Source of the DNA: Dehalococcoidia bacterium
GTDB lineage: Bacteria > Chloroflexota > Dehalococcoidia > GIF9 > UBA5629
Length of the DNA stretch: 64,000 nucleotides
Assembly (NCBI GenBank): GCA_034432055.1
Contig: DAOUCT010000023.1
Span: 74,126-138,125 of the forward strand
Reading direction: 5' to 3'
Shown here: piece after piece, positions 1 to 8,901 of the stretch
Position numbering within the stretch: the first letter of the stretch is position 1
How the letters are laid out: each line of letters begins with the position of its first letter
Position numbers and translations under genes: made by a program
Notes under the pieces: generated by a model
Databases searched by the model: none
What the model was told of the DNA's origin: nothing
Seen by the model: the letters and a program-made list of their open reading frames with translations, nothing else

Positions 1-38
1 GTACCAGGCAATACGTATTCTTTTTCTGTCAGACTCAA
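1..38 (-). CDS. porB: Partial N-terminus of 2-oxoacid:ferredoxin oxidoreductase beta subunit, running off the window edge
   Basis: The porA stop (TAA at 62..60) overlaps an AAGGAG ribosome-binding site. The downstream frame reads ...LSLTEKEYVLPG, which matches the conserved PorB N-terminus (KE-Y-LPGH-AC-GC). The start codon is ambiguous: TTG at 38 or the rare ATC at 47. Confidence 0.3.
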   Translation of the reverse strand, partial: MSLTEKEYVLPG

Positions 39-59
39 TGCGTTGATCGAAAAGCTCCT

Positions 60-1283
60 TTAGATGTAACAAATCCATTCTGGATGTTCTAGATTGAGGA
101 TGTTGGATTTGAGTGAGTCTACCGACCTTTTAACTGCTTCTGCTATTTCTCTGGCTTTAACGTCTCGCCCGCCCAGTCCAACGATAAAGTTTCTTATCGC
201 TGTGTGGGTATTATTTCCGTAAAGTGCCGATTTGATTTCTGATGAGATGATGCCTTCGTTACCGTAGCTAACGCTTTTATCGAGGATAACGGCAAGGCGG
301 GAGTTTTTGAGTGCCTTGATAACGGCGGTTTTCGGAAAAGGTCTGAAAACCCTCAGCCCGAGCACACCTGCCTTGTAACCGTCTTGGCGCAGCATTGCTG
401 CGGCCACTTTAGCTTCCATAGCCAAGCTGCCCATAGCAGTGATGACGATATCGGCATCCTCGATGTTATCTTCCCAAACTGGATTGGCATAGTCTCTGCC
501 GAATATCTCGCCGAATTTTTGTCCTACCTCCACTATTGTATGTGCTGCATTTTGCAATGATTCCTGAAGCAGATATCGCAGTTCCATGTAGCCATGGCAT
601 AGTACTCCCATGGCATTTGGTCGCGGGTCCGCAAGTGTGACCAGGTTGTAGTTTTTGGGATCTGCGGGGTCTAGAACTGTATGCGGTCTGTAAGGTGGTA
701 AGAATCTATCTGCGTCCTTTTGTGATGGGATTTCCACAGGCATTTCGGTATGGGAAAGCAGATACCCATCAAAGCAGACCATGACAGGAATGTAAACCGT
801 TTCAGCGATCTTGTATGCTTGGATGATGGAGTCTAGCACCTCCTGATTGTTTCTAGCGTATAGCTGTATCCAGCCGGTATCACGCTGTGAAAGTGAGTCC
901 TGCTGGTCGTTAAGTATATTCCATGGGGCGCCAATGGCTCGGTTGACACATGCCAAAACAACTGGGAGACGGGCTCCGGCAGTCCAGTGAAGCATTTCGT
1001 GCATATAAGCGAGCCCGTGCGAGCTAGTAGCAGTGAAAACCCTGGCACCAGCCATGGAGGCAGAAGCACAAACAGCCAGTGCGCTATGCTCACTCTCTAC
1101 AGCAATGTACTCTGCCTTTAGCTCTCCGCTTTCGACAAACTCGGAAAGGCGCTCTGTAAGTGGTGTCTGAGGAGTGATTGGGTAAGCAGCTATAACCTGG
1201 ACGCGGCATAATTTTGCTCCTTCGGCAGCAGTGTAATTTCCATCCAGTAGCCTTACGTTGGTTTCGCTATTCTGTGTTGTCAC
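60..1283 (-). CDS. porA: Pyruvate/2-oxoacid:ferredoxin oxidoreductase alpha subunit
   Basis: 407 aa. The N-terminus (NYTAAEGAKLCRVQVIAAYPITPQTP) and overall length are typical of PorA/VorA. It lies in the gamma-delta-alpha-beta gene order. Confidence 0.65.
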   Translation of the reverse strand: MTTQNSETNVRLLDGNYTAAEGAKLCRVQVIAAYPITPQTPLTERLSEFVESGELKAEYIAVESEHSALAVCASASMAGARVFTATSSHGLAYMHEMLHWTAGARLPVVLACVNRAIGAPWNILNDQQDSLSQRDTGWIQLYARNNQEVLDSIIQAYKIAETVYIPVMVCFDGYLLSHTEMPVEIPSQKDADRFLPPYRPHTVLDPADPKNYNLVTLADPRPNAMGVLCHGYMELRYLLQESLQNAAHTIVEVGQKFGEIFGRDYANPVWEDNIEDADIVITAMGSLAMEAKVAAAMLRQDGYKAGVLGLRVFRPFPKTAVIKALKNSRLAVILDKSVSYGNEGIISSEIKSALYGNNTHTAIRNFIVGLGGRDVKAREIAEAVKRSVDSLKSNILNLEHPEWICYI

Positions 1284-1310
1284 TAGTCTGCTCCTTTTGT
1301 CCTGTAATAG

Positions 1311-1613
1311 TCATGTCATGGTTATGGCTTGTGTTGGGCATACTTGTGCGCATATACCGCATCCTTTGCAGTATTCCAGGTTTATTTCAATCGGGACCGA
1401 CTTTTTAATAACTGCTTCCGGGCAGTACAGCCAGCAAATAAAGCAGGATGCTTTGCTGCGCTTTGATGGGATGCATTTATTGTGGTCGATGGATGGAGTT
1501 TCGGTGCGCCATTCACCTGTTTTCCCAGCTTCGCCGATAGCAGGCGATGATTCTCCACAAAGATGACCACAATTTCTAGTCTGCATAGCTGATATTGTGT
1601 TCCGTCTTAGCAT
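1311..1613 (-). CDS. porD: Pyruvate:ferredoxin oxidoreductase delta subunit (2x[4Fe-4S] ferredoxin)
   Basis: 100 aa with two Cys clusters (CKGCGICAQVCP and a second C-rich segment). It overlaps porG by 7 nt. Confidence 0.6.
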   Translation of the reverse strand: MLRRNTISAMQTRNCGHLCGESSPAIGEAGKTGEWRTETPSIDHNKCIPSKRSKASCFICWLYCPEAVIKKSVPIEINLEYCKGCGICAQVCPTQAITMT

Positions 1614-2251
1614 TTTGTAAATGTGACTGTGGACTGATAGGTCTTAATAAGGGCTGAGATGTTAAGCTCTGAGGTATCGTTTGCAAATTTTTCTCTAATT
1701 GCCTTTTCCAAGCTTTGCAGACTCACTATTCGGGTAGCATGAGCGAGCGCTCCGACAATAGCGGTGTTGACAATAGGAATCCCGCTGACAACCAAACCCA
1801 ATTCCTTAGATATTCCTGTGGCATCCACGGTTGCCACATTATAGCTGCTTGGCAGATTCAATTCAGCTGGATGTCGTATCGAATTTACTATGACCCAACT
1901 TTTCTCTCTCAGCCCGCTGAGAACCTCATTATATTTGAGGAGAGTCTGGTCCAAGATTACCACAGTGTCCGGGGACTCTACTTGGGATACGATAAGTACA
2001 GGCTCAAACGAAATCCTGGTCAGAGCACTTACTGGAATGCCTCGCCTTTCGGCACCAAAGAATGGTGCTGATGTCACACCTCTATATCCGTCCAGAAAAG
2101 CTGCATAAGCTACAATTTTTGCTGCTGTGACGACGCCTTGCCCACCGCGACCGTGCCATCTGATTTCGTAAATGTTGTTGTTGATGCTCACATTCGTTTC
2201 CTGCGGCAGTTGATTGTGCCCCAATGTGCGCAGTAAAAATTTGTGCTGCAA
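1607..2251 (-). CDS. porG: Pyruvate:ferredoxin oxidoreductase gamma subunit
   Basis: 214 aa. It is first in a porGDAB-like order and has the gamma-subunit-like motif GRGGQGVVTAAKI. Confidence 0.6.
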   Translation of the reverse strand: MQHKFLLRTLGHNQLPQETNVSINNNIYEIRWHGRGGQGVVTAAKIVAYAAFLDGYRGVTSAPFFGAERRGIPVSALTRISFEPVLIVSQVESPDTVVILDQTLLKYNEVLSGLREKSWVIVNSIRHPAELNLPSSYNVATVDATGISKELGLVVSGIPIVNTAIVGALAHATRIVSLQSLEKAIREKFANDTSELNISALIKTYQSTVTFTKC

Positions 2252-2331
2252 GCATAAATGTTAGCTCCAACAGGAAACCAAGTCAAATATATCCATGATG
2301 GTTCAGTGTGACTATTTCTGGCGTGGTCAGA

Positions 2332-2360
2332 TTGACTGAGCTGCTGGCTCTGTGTAGAAT
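2332..2360 (+). promoter_or_regulatory. Sigma-70-like promoter for ffh: TTGACT, 17 nt spacer, TAGAAT
   Basis: The -35 is at 2332-2337 and the -10 at 2355-2360. The ffh ATG at 2375 is only about 8 nt downstream of the predicted transcription start, so the leader is very short. Confidence 0.4.
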
Positions 2361-2374
2361 CGTAGTGATTTGCC

Positions 2375-3703
2375 ATGTTTGATTTTCTGACCCAAAAGTT
2401 TTTTCAGGTCTTTAAGAGCCTTGGCAGTAAAGGAAAGCTGAGCGAGAAGGATATAGACGAGGCGCTGAGGCAAATACGTCTGGCTCTATTGGAAGCAGAT
2501 GTTAACTTCAGAGTGGTCAAAGACTTTTTGTCAAAGGTCAGAGAACGAGCCCTGGGTGTTAATGTACTGGACAGTTTAACCCCGGTTCAACAAATTGTGA
2601 AGATTGTTAATGAGGAGCTTACTAATATTTTAGGAGGGGCACCCAGTCATCTGGTAGCGAGCAGGCGACCGCCTTCTATAATAATGCTTGTGGGGTTGCA
2701 GGGATGTGGAAAGACTACCACGGCAGCCAAAATAGCCTTGCACCTTAAGAACTCCGGGCAACGTCCTCTTCTAGTGGCTGCAGATATCCGCCGTCCTGCT
2801 GCTATCGAACAATTATTGCTGCTCGGTAGGCAACTTGGCATCCCGGTTCATGCTGATAATAGTCAAGCGGCGGTTCCAGCTATATGTAAGCAAGCACTAA
2901 GATCGGCTGAGCAGATAGGTGCTAACTGGGTGGTCATTGATACTCAAGGACGTCTTCACATTGATGATGTTATGATGTTGGAATTAGTCCAGCTCAAGGC
3001 GGAGCTTCAACCTTCGGAGGTCTTATTGGTGGTTGATGCTATGAGTGGTCAGGACGCGCTCAATATTGCTGAGGAGTTCAATAGACGGCTGGGACTAACT
3101 GGACTGGTACTAACAAAAATGGACGGTGATGCTCGTGGTGGCGCAGCGCTTTCCATCAAGTTCATTACCGGGTTGCCAATTAAATTCATAGGTACCGGTG
3201 AGAGAGCCGACGCCATAGAGATATTTCACCCCGACCGTCTGGCGTCCCGTATCTTGGGCATGGGTGACGTACTAACTCTGATTGAAAAAGCTGAGAAATT
3301 GCTTGCCGGCGAGCAATTGCGGCAGGCAGAAAAAAAGCTACGGGCTGCAAAATTCGATCTCGAGGATTTGCTCTGGCAACTACGCCAGCTGAAAAAGATG
3401 GGGACGATAGCACAGATTGCCGAGTTGTTACCCGGTTTCTCAAATATATCCTCCAAAGTCCTTCGAGGCGACGAAGAGGACCAGATGCGAAGATTCGAAG
3501 CCATTATTCTTTCAATGACACCCGAGGAACGACGTAATCCAGATATAATAAACGGCAGTAGACGTCGCCGTATTGCCCAAGGCAGCGGGACAACTCCTCG
3601 CGATGTCAATCAACTCCTTAATCAGTACTATCAGGCGCGGAAGTTGACCATGATGGCAGCAAAAGGCAAAATGCCTTACGGGACCCTCGGCATTCCGAAG
3701 TAG
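2375..3703 (+). CDS. ffh: Signal recognition particle protein Ffh
   Basis: 442 aa. It has the SRP54 N domain, the GTPase P-loop GLQGCGKTTT, and the methionine-rich M domain at the C-terminus. Confidence 0.9.
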   Translation: MFDFLTQKFFQVFKSLGSKGKLSEKDIDEALRQIRLALLEADVNFRVVKDFLSKVRERALGVNVLDSLTPVQQIVKIVNEELTNILGGAPSHLVASRRPPSIIMLVGLQGCGKTTTAAKIALHLKNSGQRPLLVAADIRRPAAIEQLLLLGRQLGIPVHADNSQAAVPAICKQALRSAEQIGANWVVIDTQGRLHIDDVMMLELVQLKAELQPSEVLLVVDAMSGQDALNIAEEFNRRLGLTGLVLTKMDGDARGGAALSIKFITGLPIKFIGTGERADAIEIFHPDRLASRILGMGDVLTLIEKAEKLLAGEQLRQAEKKLRAAKFDLEDLLWQLRQLKKMGTIAQIAELLPGFSNISSKVLRGDEEDQMRRFEAIILSMTPEERRNPDIINGSRRRRIAQGSGTTPRDVNQLLNQYYQARKLTMMAAKGKMPYGTLGIPK

Positions 3704-3715
3704 TAAAGTAGCTAG

Positions 3716-4339
3716 TTACTTAACGGTCTTGGTCAATCCTGTTATGGTTATTTGACGGTTTTTGATCTCGACACTGGTTACCGTCAGTGGTAAGTCAGCT
3801 AGCTTAATATCGACTACGAAGTTCAATAGTTGTTCTATTGTATTGTTTAATGACTCAGGCAACGGGAGTTTACCGAGGTCTAGGTCGCTAACCACTACTC
3901 TGGGTTTATCATTTACTATTGCTACTCGTCCGATCAAGCCTGTTTTAGCGTTAATCCCCGGTACTTCCAGCTCGGCATAAATAAGGAATTCGCCATCATT
4001 ACTGTTACGCAGGTTGACTATCATCTTTTCGATGAGTGGTTTGCCTGTTGATTTAGCTTTAGCTAGCTCTTTGCTTATCTTCGCGTTTATCTCCTTTTCT
4101 GTGACCTGTAGGTTAACTTCTTTCTTTTGCCCGGCGCTGACCGCATCCTCAATTTCAATCTCGAAGGAAGCGATTTTCTCTTCGAAGCTTAATGCTGCCT
4201 TTTCGTCCGGGAGGATGGGTGTTACTTTTGTCTGGATCTGCGGTGTCAGCGAGTAGAGATAGTACCCAGCCAGTAAGATAATGAGGACAAGTATCCCGAT
4301 TAAACCTAAAGCTACGACTAAACCTCTTAATAAGCTCAT
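3716..4339 (-). CDS. Hypothetical membrane-anchored protein: N-terminal transmembrane helix followed by a charged, coiled-coil-like region
   Basis: 207 aa. The N-terminus LLRGLVVALGLIGILVLIILLAGYY is a single transmembrane helix. I recognise no family. It is convergent with ffh across a 12-nt gap. Confidence 0.45.
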   Translation of the reverse strand: MSLLRGLVVALGLIGILVLIILLAGYYLYSLTPQIQTKVTPILPDEKAALSFEEKIASFEIEIEDAVSAGQKKEVNLQVTEKEINAKISKELAKAKSTGKPLIEKMIVNLRNSNDGEFLIYAELEVPGINAKTGLIGRVAIVNDKPRVVVSDLDLGKLPLPESLNNTIEQLLNFVVDIKLADLPLTVTSVEIKNRQITITGLTKTVK

Positions 4340-4368
4340 ATCGTGTCTCCCTGAAAAATTAAGCTAGT

Positions 4369-5931
4369 TTACTCTAGATAATCCTTCAGCCTACGGCTGC
4401 GCGTGGGATGGCGCAATTTACGCAAAGCCTTTGCCTCTATCTGACGGATTCGTTCACGGGTGACATTGAATTCTTTGCCCACCTCTTCCAGAGTTCGAGC
4501 GCGCCCGTCCTCGAGCCCGAATCTCAGGGCGATAACCCTTCTTTCCCTTTCAGTAAGCTCAGAGAGGATCTTATTCAGTTGTGCTTTTAACAGTTCTTGT
4601 GATGCAGCATCGGCTGGTGGTAAGGTAGCACGATCCTCGATGAAGTCGCCGAGGTGACTGTCTTCATCCTCACCTATCGGCATTTCCAGAGATATCGGCA
4701 TTTGGGACAACTTCATAATCTCTCTTACTCTTTCCGAAGATATTTCCATTCCCTTACCGATTTCTTCGTAGCTGGGCTCGCGCCCAAATTCCTGAGCAAG
4801 GCGCCTGTTTACTTTTAGCAGCCTGTTTATCGTTTCCACCATGTGAACCGGGATACGGATGGTTCGTGCCTGGTCGGCTATGGCGCGTGTGATAGCCTGT
4901 CTGATCCACCAGGTAGCATAGGTACTGAATTTATAGCCTTTTCTATATTCGAATTTTTCCACAGCCCTGACCAGTCCTATATTCCCCTCCTGTATCAGAT
5001 CCAGGAGAGGCATTCCATGACCGACATATTTCTTCGCCACACTGACCACGAGACGCAGGTTTGCTTCGGTGAGGTGTCTTTCTGCCCTTCTTGCTTCCCT
5101 TTTAGTACGGTCAAAGTGATGTTTAAGTTCATAATTCAAGGACTGAAGGTTAGAGTAGAATTCGGTGTCAACAGGTTCTGCGACCAAAGCCTTCAGTTGC
5201 CCCCAAGAGGTCTTATTAGCCAGAAGTTCCAGCACCTGCGGAGGCAGGAGCCTGCTATCTATTGAAAAATCTATAAGGCTTTGTTCAACTTCTGCTTTAT
5301 CTTTGCTGAGCTTTGTGGCAATGCTTTCAACAATGACCGGGTCTATCACTCCATCAATAGCTGCTCGGAGCTTTGGGTCGGTAAGGCTCTTTGCGAAGCT
5401 GTCGTGACGCTTTATGCCCAGCTGTTTAGCCAGTGCATTTACTACTGGCTGCGCTGCCAGTAAGTGGCGTAACAGATAGATTACCATATCAGCAGGCGAA
5501 GGATATTCCTGGTGCTGTTGAAGATAAAGCTGCTCAATTTTTTCTAGATATTTAGCCTCCTCAATTTTGCTGGCTAGCACCTTTTCATCTTCTGCAGTGA
5601 GCAAGGCAACCTTGCCGATTTCATGCAGGTACATTCGGACCGGGTCATCGATTGCTTCGTGCTCGACATGTTCTACTTCGGTATCTAAAAGGGTCTTATC
5701 TTCCTTTTCCAGTCTAGCTATCCACTCGCTATCGGGCTCTTCATTAACCTCTTCTGCTCCCCACGGGATCTGCGTTGCAGAATCGACTCTGCTTACAAGA
5801 TCCTGTTCGTTGTTGTCCAACTCAGGAGCCCTGTCTGTGGTGGGTTTTCGGGTGCTGGCAGAATTTTCGTCTCTATTGCCCCTGGAGGGGAAGAACGATA
5901 GTAGTTCTTCTTCGCGGCTCAACTTTGTCAT
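4369..5931 (-). CDS. rpoD: RNA polymerase primary sigma factor
   Basis: 520 aa. Region 2 ([32 protein letters not shown]) and region 4 are conserved. It overlaps the dnaG stop by 4 nt. Confidence 0.9.
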   Translation of the reverse strand: MTKLSREEELLSFFPSRGNRDENSASTRKPTTDRAPELDNNEQDLVSRVDSATQIPWGAEEVNEEPDSEWIARLEKEDKTLLDTEVEHVEHEAIDDPVRMYLHEIGKVALLTAEDEKVLASKIEEAKYLEKIEQLYLQQHQEYPSPADMVIYLLRHLLAAQPVVNALAKQLGIKRHDSFAKSLTDPKLRAAIDGVIDPVIVESIATKLSKDKAEVEQSLIDFSIDSRLLPPQVLELLANKTSWGQLKALVAEPVDTEFYSNLQSLNYELKHHFDRTKREARRAERHLTEANLRLVVSVAKKYVGHGMPLLDLIQEGNIGLVRAVEKFEYRKGYKFSTYATWWIRQAITRAIADQARTIRIPVHMVETINRLLKVNRRLAQEFGREPSYEEIGKGMEISSERVREIMKLSQMPISLEMPIGEDEDSHLGDFIEDRATLPPADAASQELLKAQLNKILSELTERERRVIALRFGLEDGRARTLEEVGKEFNVTRERIRQIEAKALRKLRHPTRSRRLKDYLE

Positions 5932-7784
5932 ACACTGCTCCTTCCGGTCAGTTGCTGTCGTAAGTAGCTTTGTCTCTTGAAGATTTCTTTTAGTTGTTTG
6001 CTAATTTCTACCCCTTGCTCTTCGAGTCTCGTTAGTTGTGCGGTTATGCCACCGGTCTCAGCCTCTGCAGCCAGCAGCTCCTGTTTTTTTATCTCCAGGT
6101 TTCTTAGTCTTTTTTCGTGAAGGCGGATGATGCAGTCTTGGAGAACGCTACGCCGTAGGGCTTCGCTCTGATGGATGATGTCTGGTATCTCCTTGGACAG
6201 AAGACCTTCCATATATTCTCGAAGGGGAGCGTCAAGTTCTTTTTTGAGGTCGGCAAGCTCAGTGCCTCGTTGCCATCTAAGGAAAAGCTCTCTGTTTTCA
6301 CTTTGTTCGAAGCATTCAGGTGAAAGCTCAGTGGTTTCTGTTTGGAGTTCGGGATATTGGAATAGCAACGCTAAGCAGTACTGCTCGACAGGGCTGGAAA
6401 GAGGCGGGACTACAGCTATCTGCCCTGTTGCTGCCGCTTTAGTTGGTGCCTTTCGTAGTGTTCTTGTTTTTCTTATCGTGTCTTCCAGGACACGTGGGTC
6501 GATTTTCAAATGGTGAGCAAGCCTTTCTACGTAGTGAGCGTGCCTTACGGGGTCTTTTATTTCCAAGAGTAACGGCGTGAGTTTTTCCACCGCCAGTGAC
6601 TTTTCTGTGGCACTTTCAAGGTTGACTTTGGTAACGATAGCGTCAATGATGAATTCAATGATTGGTCTCGCGCTTTCTATCAGCTGATGCCATAGGTCTG
6701 GGTCTTCTTTTATCACCTCGTCAGGGTCTTTGTCTTGGGGAAGCAGCATAGCTTTCACTTCTGCTTTGTATGCGTCTTCATACTTGACCCAGCCATAAAT
6801 TGATGGCAAGAAGGGAATTACTTTGTCCACCAGTTCCCCGCCTCTAAAGATAGCTTCTGTTCCGGCTGTATCTGCATCTAGGGCGAAGACCAGGTTTCGA
6901 GTCAGGTTTTTGAGTGTGAGTAGTTGTTTCTCGGTAATAGAGGTACCCATAGAGGCGACTACGTTTTGCCATCCATACTGGTGGGCTATTATTACATCCA
7001 TGTAGCCTTCTACAATGATGGCTTGATCGCTGTGGCGGATTGCATTCTTTGCTTGATCGATGCCATAAAGAATGCTACTTTTGTCAAAGACTGCGGTTTG
7101 TGGCGAATTGAGATATTTAGGTGGGGAATCATCCAATGCTCTGGCGCCAAAGCCAACTAACTTACCACCGGCATCCCGTATCGGGAAAATGAGACGGTTG
7201 CGGAATCTGTCATAAGTGTGTTTGTTTTCTTGTTCGACAAGTAAACCTGCGAGCAGCAGGTCGGTTTCATTGTAGCCTGTTTCTATCAGGTGATTTTTTA
7301 ATGTTTCCCACCCTTCGGGGGCAAAGCCTAGCTGGAAGTTTTTGATGCTCTCGATCGACAGCCCCCTTTGTGTAAGGTAGCGTCTCGCTGTTTCTCCTGC
7401 ACCGGTATTCAATAGCAGGTTGTGGTAATAATTAGCGGCAGCTTCGTTGATCTTGAGGATTTTTTCCTCTTCTCTTACGTCTTGCCTGCTGTAGCTGGAT
7501 GGCACAGTCAGGTTGATGCCTGCTTTATCAGCAAGGAGCTTAAGTGCCTGGCTAAAATCGACCCCTTCTCTCCTCATTATGAAAGAGAAGATATCGCCAC
7601 CTGTATTACAGCTTCCGAAGCAGTGCCAGCTCTGTCTGTCCGGGAATACGAAGAAAGAAGGGTTTTTTTCAGTGTGGAAGGGACATAGCGCACGATAGTT
7701 CCTCCCTGATTTCTGCAAAGCTACATATGCAGATACAATCTGGACAATATCTAGTCTTTGTTTTATTTCGTCAATAACACTCAT
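5928..7784 (-). CDS. dnaG: DNA primase
   Basis: 618 aa with an N-terminal zinc ribbon ([11 protein letters not shown]...CFGC) and a TOPRIM domain. Confidence 0.85.
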   Translation of the reverse strand: MSVIDEIKQRLDIVQIVSAYVALQKSGRNYRALCPFHTEKNPSFFVFPDRQSWHCFGSCNTGGDIFSFIMRREGVDFSQALKLLADKAGINLTVPSSYSRQDVREEEKILKINEAAANYYHNLLLNTGAGETARRYLTQRGLSIESIKNFQLGFAPEGWETLKNHLIETGYNETDLLLAGLLVEQENKHTYDRFRNRLIFPIRDAGGKLVGFGARALDDSPPKYLNSPQTAVFDKSSILYGIDQAKNAIRHSDQAIIVEGYMDVIIAHQYGWQNVVASMGTSITEKQLLTLKNLTRNLVFALDADTAGTEAIFRGGELVDKVIPFLPSIYGWVKYEDAYKAEVKAMLLPQDKDPDEVIKEDPDLWHQLIESARPIIEFIIDAIVTKVNLESATEKSLAVEKLTPLLLEIKDPVRHAHYVERLAHHLKIDPRVLEDTIRKTRTLRKAPTKAAATGQIAVVPPLSSPVEQYCLALLFQYPELQTETTELSPECFEQSENRELFLRWQRGTELADLKKELDAPLREYMEGLLSKEIPDIIHQSEALRRSVLQDCIIRLHEKRLRNLEIKKQELLAAEAETGGITAQLTRLEEQGVEISKQLKEIFKRQSYLRQQLTGRSSV

Positions 7785-7827
7785 ACCCTAGTCCTAGGAA
7801 CTATTTTACATAATATCCACAATAAAT

Positions 7828-8868
7828 TCAACAGCTGGAGATTGCTTCTGCGATATGGAGAGCGTATTGGTCTGTCATGCCGGCGATGTAGTCAGTCACT
7901 CTTCTCTCGGCAGGGTCGCCCTGCATTTTATATTCTTTTGGTAGCTGGTTCTCGTGTTTTAGAAAATAGGAAAACAGGAGCTGGATAGTCCTGCGTGCTC
8001 TTTTTGCCTCCTCGTCGGAGATGGTTGAGTTATAGACTCTTTCGAAGAGGAATTCGCGAAGGCAATTGGTCACTTCGAGGATAGTGGTGGACATACCGAT
8101 GCTCGGCTTTTGGATTCCGGGTTGGGTCATTTTGGTTAACGAATAGCTAATGATATCGGTGACCAGGGTGTTAATGCGTTGGGAGAGGGTTTCGCCCAAC
8201 ACTTTTATTACGGACGGAGGAAGGTCGCTTTCGGTGATGACCCCTGCCCGGATAGCGTCGGTGATGTCGTGGTTGACATAAGCAACCACATCTGCGATTT
8301 TTACTACCTGGCCCTCGAGGGTGCCCACCTCTGTCCATCCTTCCCCAAGTATCTCAATATTACCTTTTGAGTGGTTCAGGATCCCGTCTCGTACTTCCCA
8401 AGTCAGATTCAATCCTTGTCCGTCTCTCTCCAGGAGATCGACTACTCTCAAGCTTTGCTCGTTGTGCTTGAAGCCGAACGGGCAAAGTTCGTTCAGTACT
8501 TGTTCGCCGATATGGCCGAAGGGGGTGTGTCCCAGATCGTGTCCCAGGGCAATGGCTTCTGTCAAGTCCTCGTTAAGGTTCAAGGCTCTGGCGATGGTGC
8601 GGGCGATCTGGGAGACCTCTAAGGTATGTGTCAGGCGTGTAACATAATGGTCGCCTAAAGGCATGATGAATACCTGGGTCTTATGTTTAAGGCGTCGGAA
8701 TGCATTGGAGTATATAATACGGTCGCGGTCTCGCTGAAAAGCCGTCCTTATGGGGCATGGTTCTTCCCACCTGAGTCTACCGCGGCTAAATCTACTTTGT
8801 GTTGCAAAGGGGGAGAGATGCCTCTCGGACTCTTCTATTTGCTGCCGAATATTTAACTCTGTCATCAA
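7828..8868 (-). CDS. dgt: dGTP triphosphohydrolase-like HD-domain phosphohydrolase
   Basis: 346 aa. It has an HD motif (HTLEVSQIAR...GHDLGHTPFGH) typical of the dGTPase family. Confidence 0.7.
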   Translation of the reverse strand: MMTELNIRQQIEESERHLSPFATQSRFSRGRLRWEEPCPIRTAFQRDRDRIIYSNAFRRLKHKTQVFIMPLGDHYVTRLTHTLEVSQIARTIARALNLNEDLTEAIALGHDLGHTPFGHIGEQVLNELCPFGFKHNEQSLRVVDLLERDGQGLNLTWEVRDGILNHSKGNIEILGEGWTEVGTLEGQVVKIADVVAYVNHDITDAIRAGVITESDLPPSVIKVLGETLSQRINTLVTDIISYSLTKMTQPGIQKPSIGMSTTILEVTNCLREFLFERVYNSTISDEEAKRARRTIQLLFSYFLKHENQLPKEYKMQGDPAERRVTDYIAGMTDQYALHIAEAISSC

Positions 8869-8901
8869 TTCCGGTCTTTTTTGTTGTCCCGAGTAACGCT
8901 A

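Noticed and set aside
1258-2108. Several 60-120-aa plus-strand ORFs overlapping porA, porD and porG
   Set aside because: All are antisense to conserved oxidoreductase subunits and carry no motifs.
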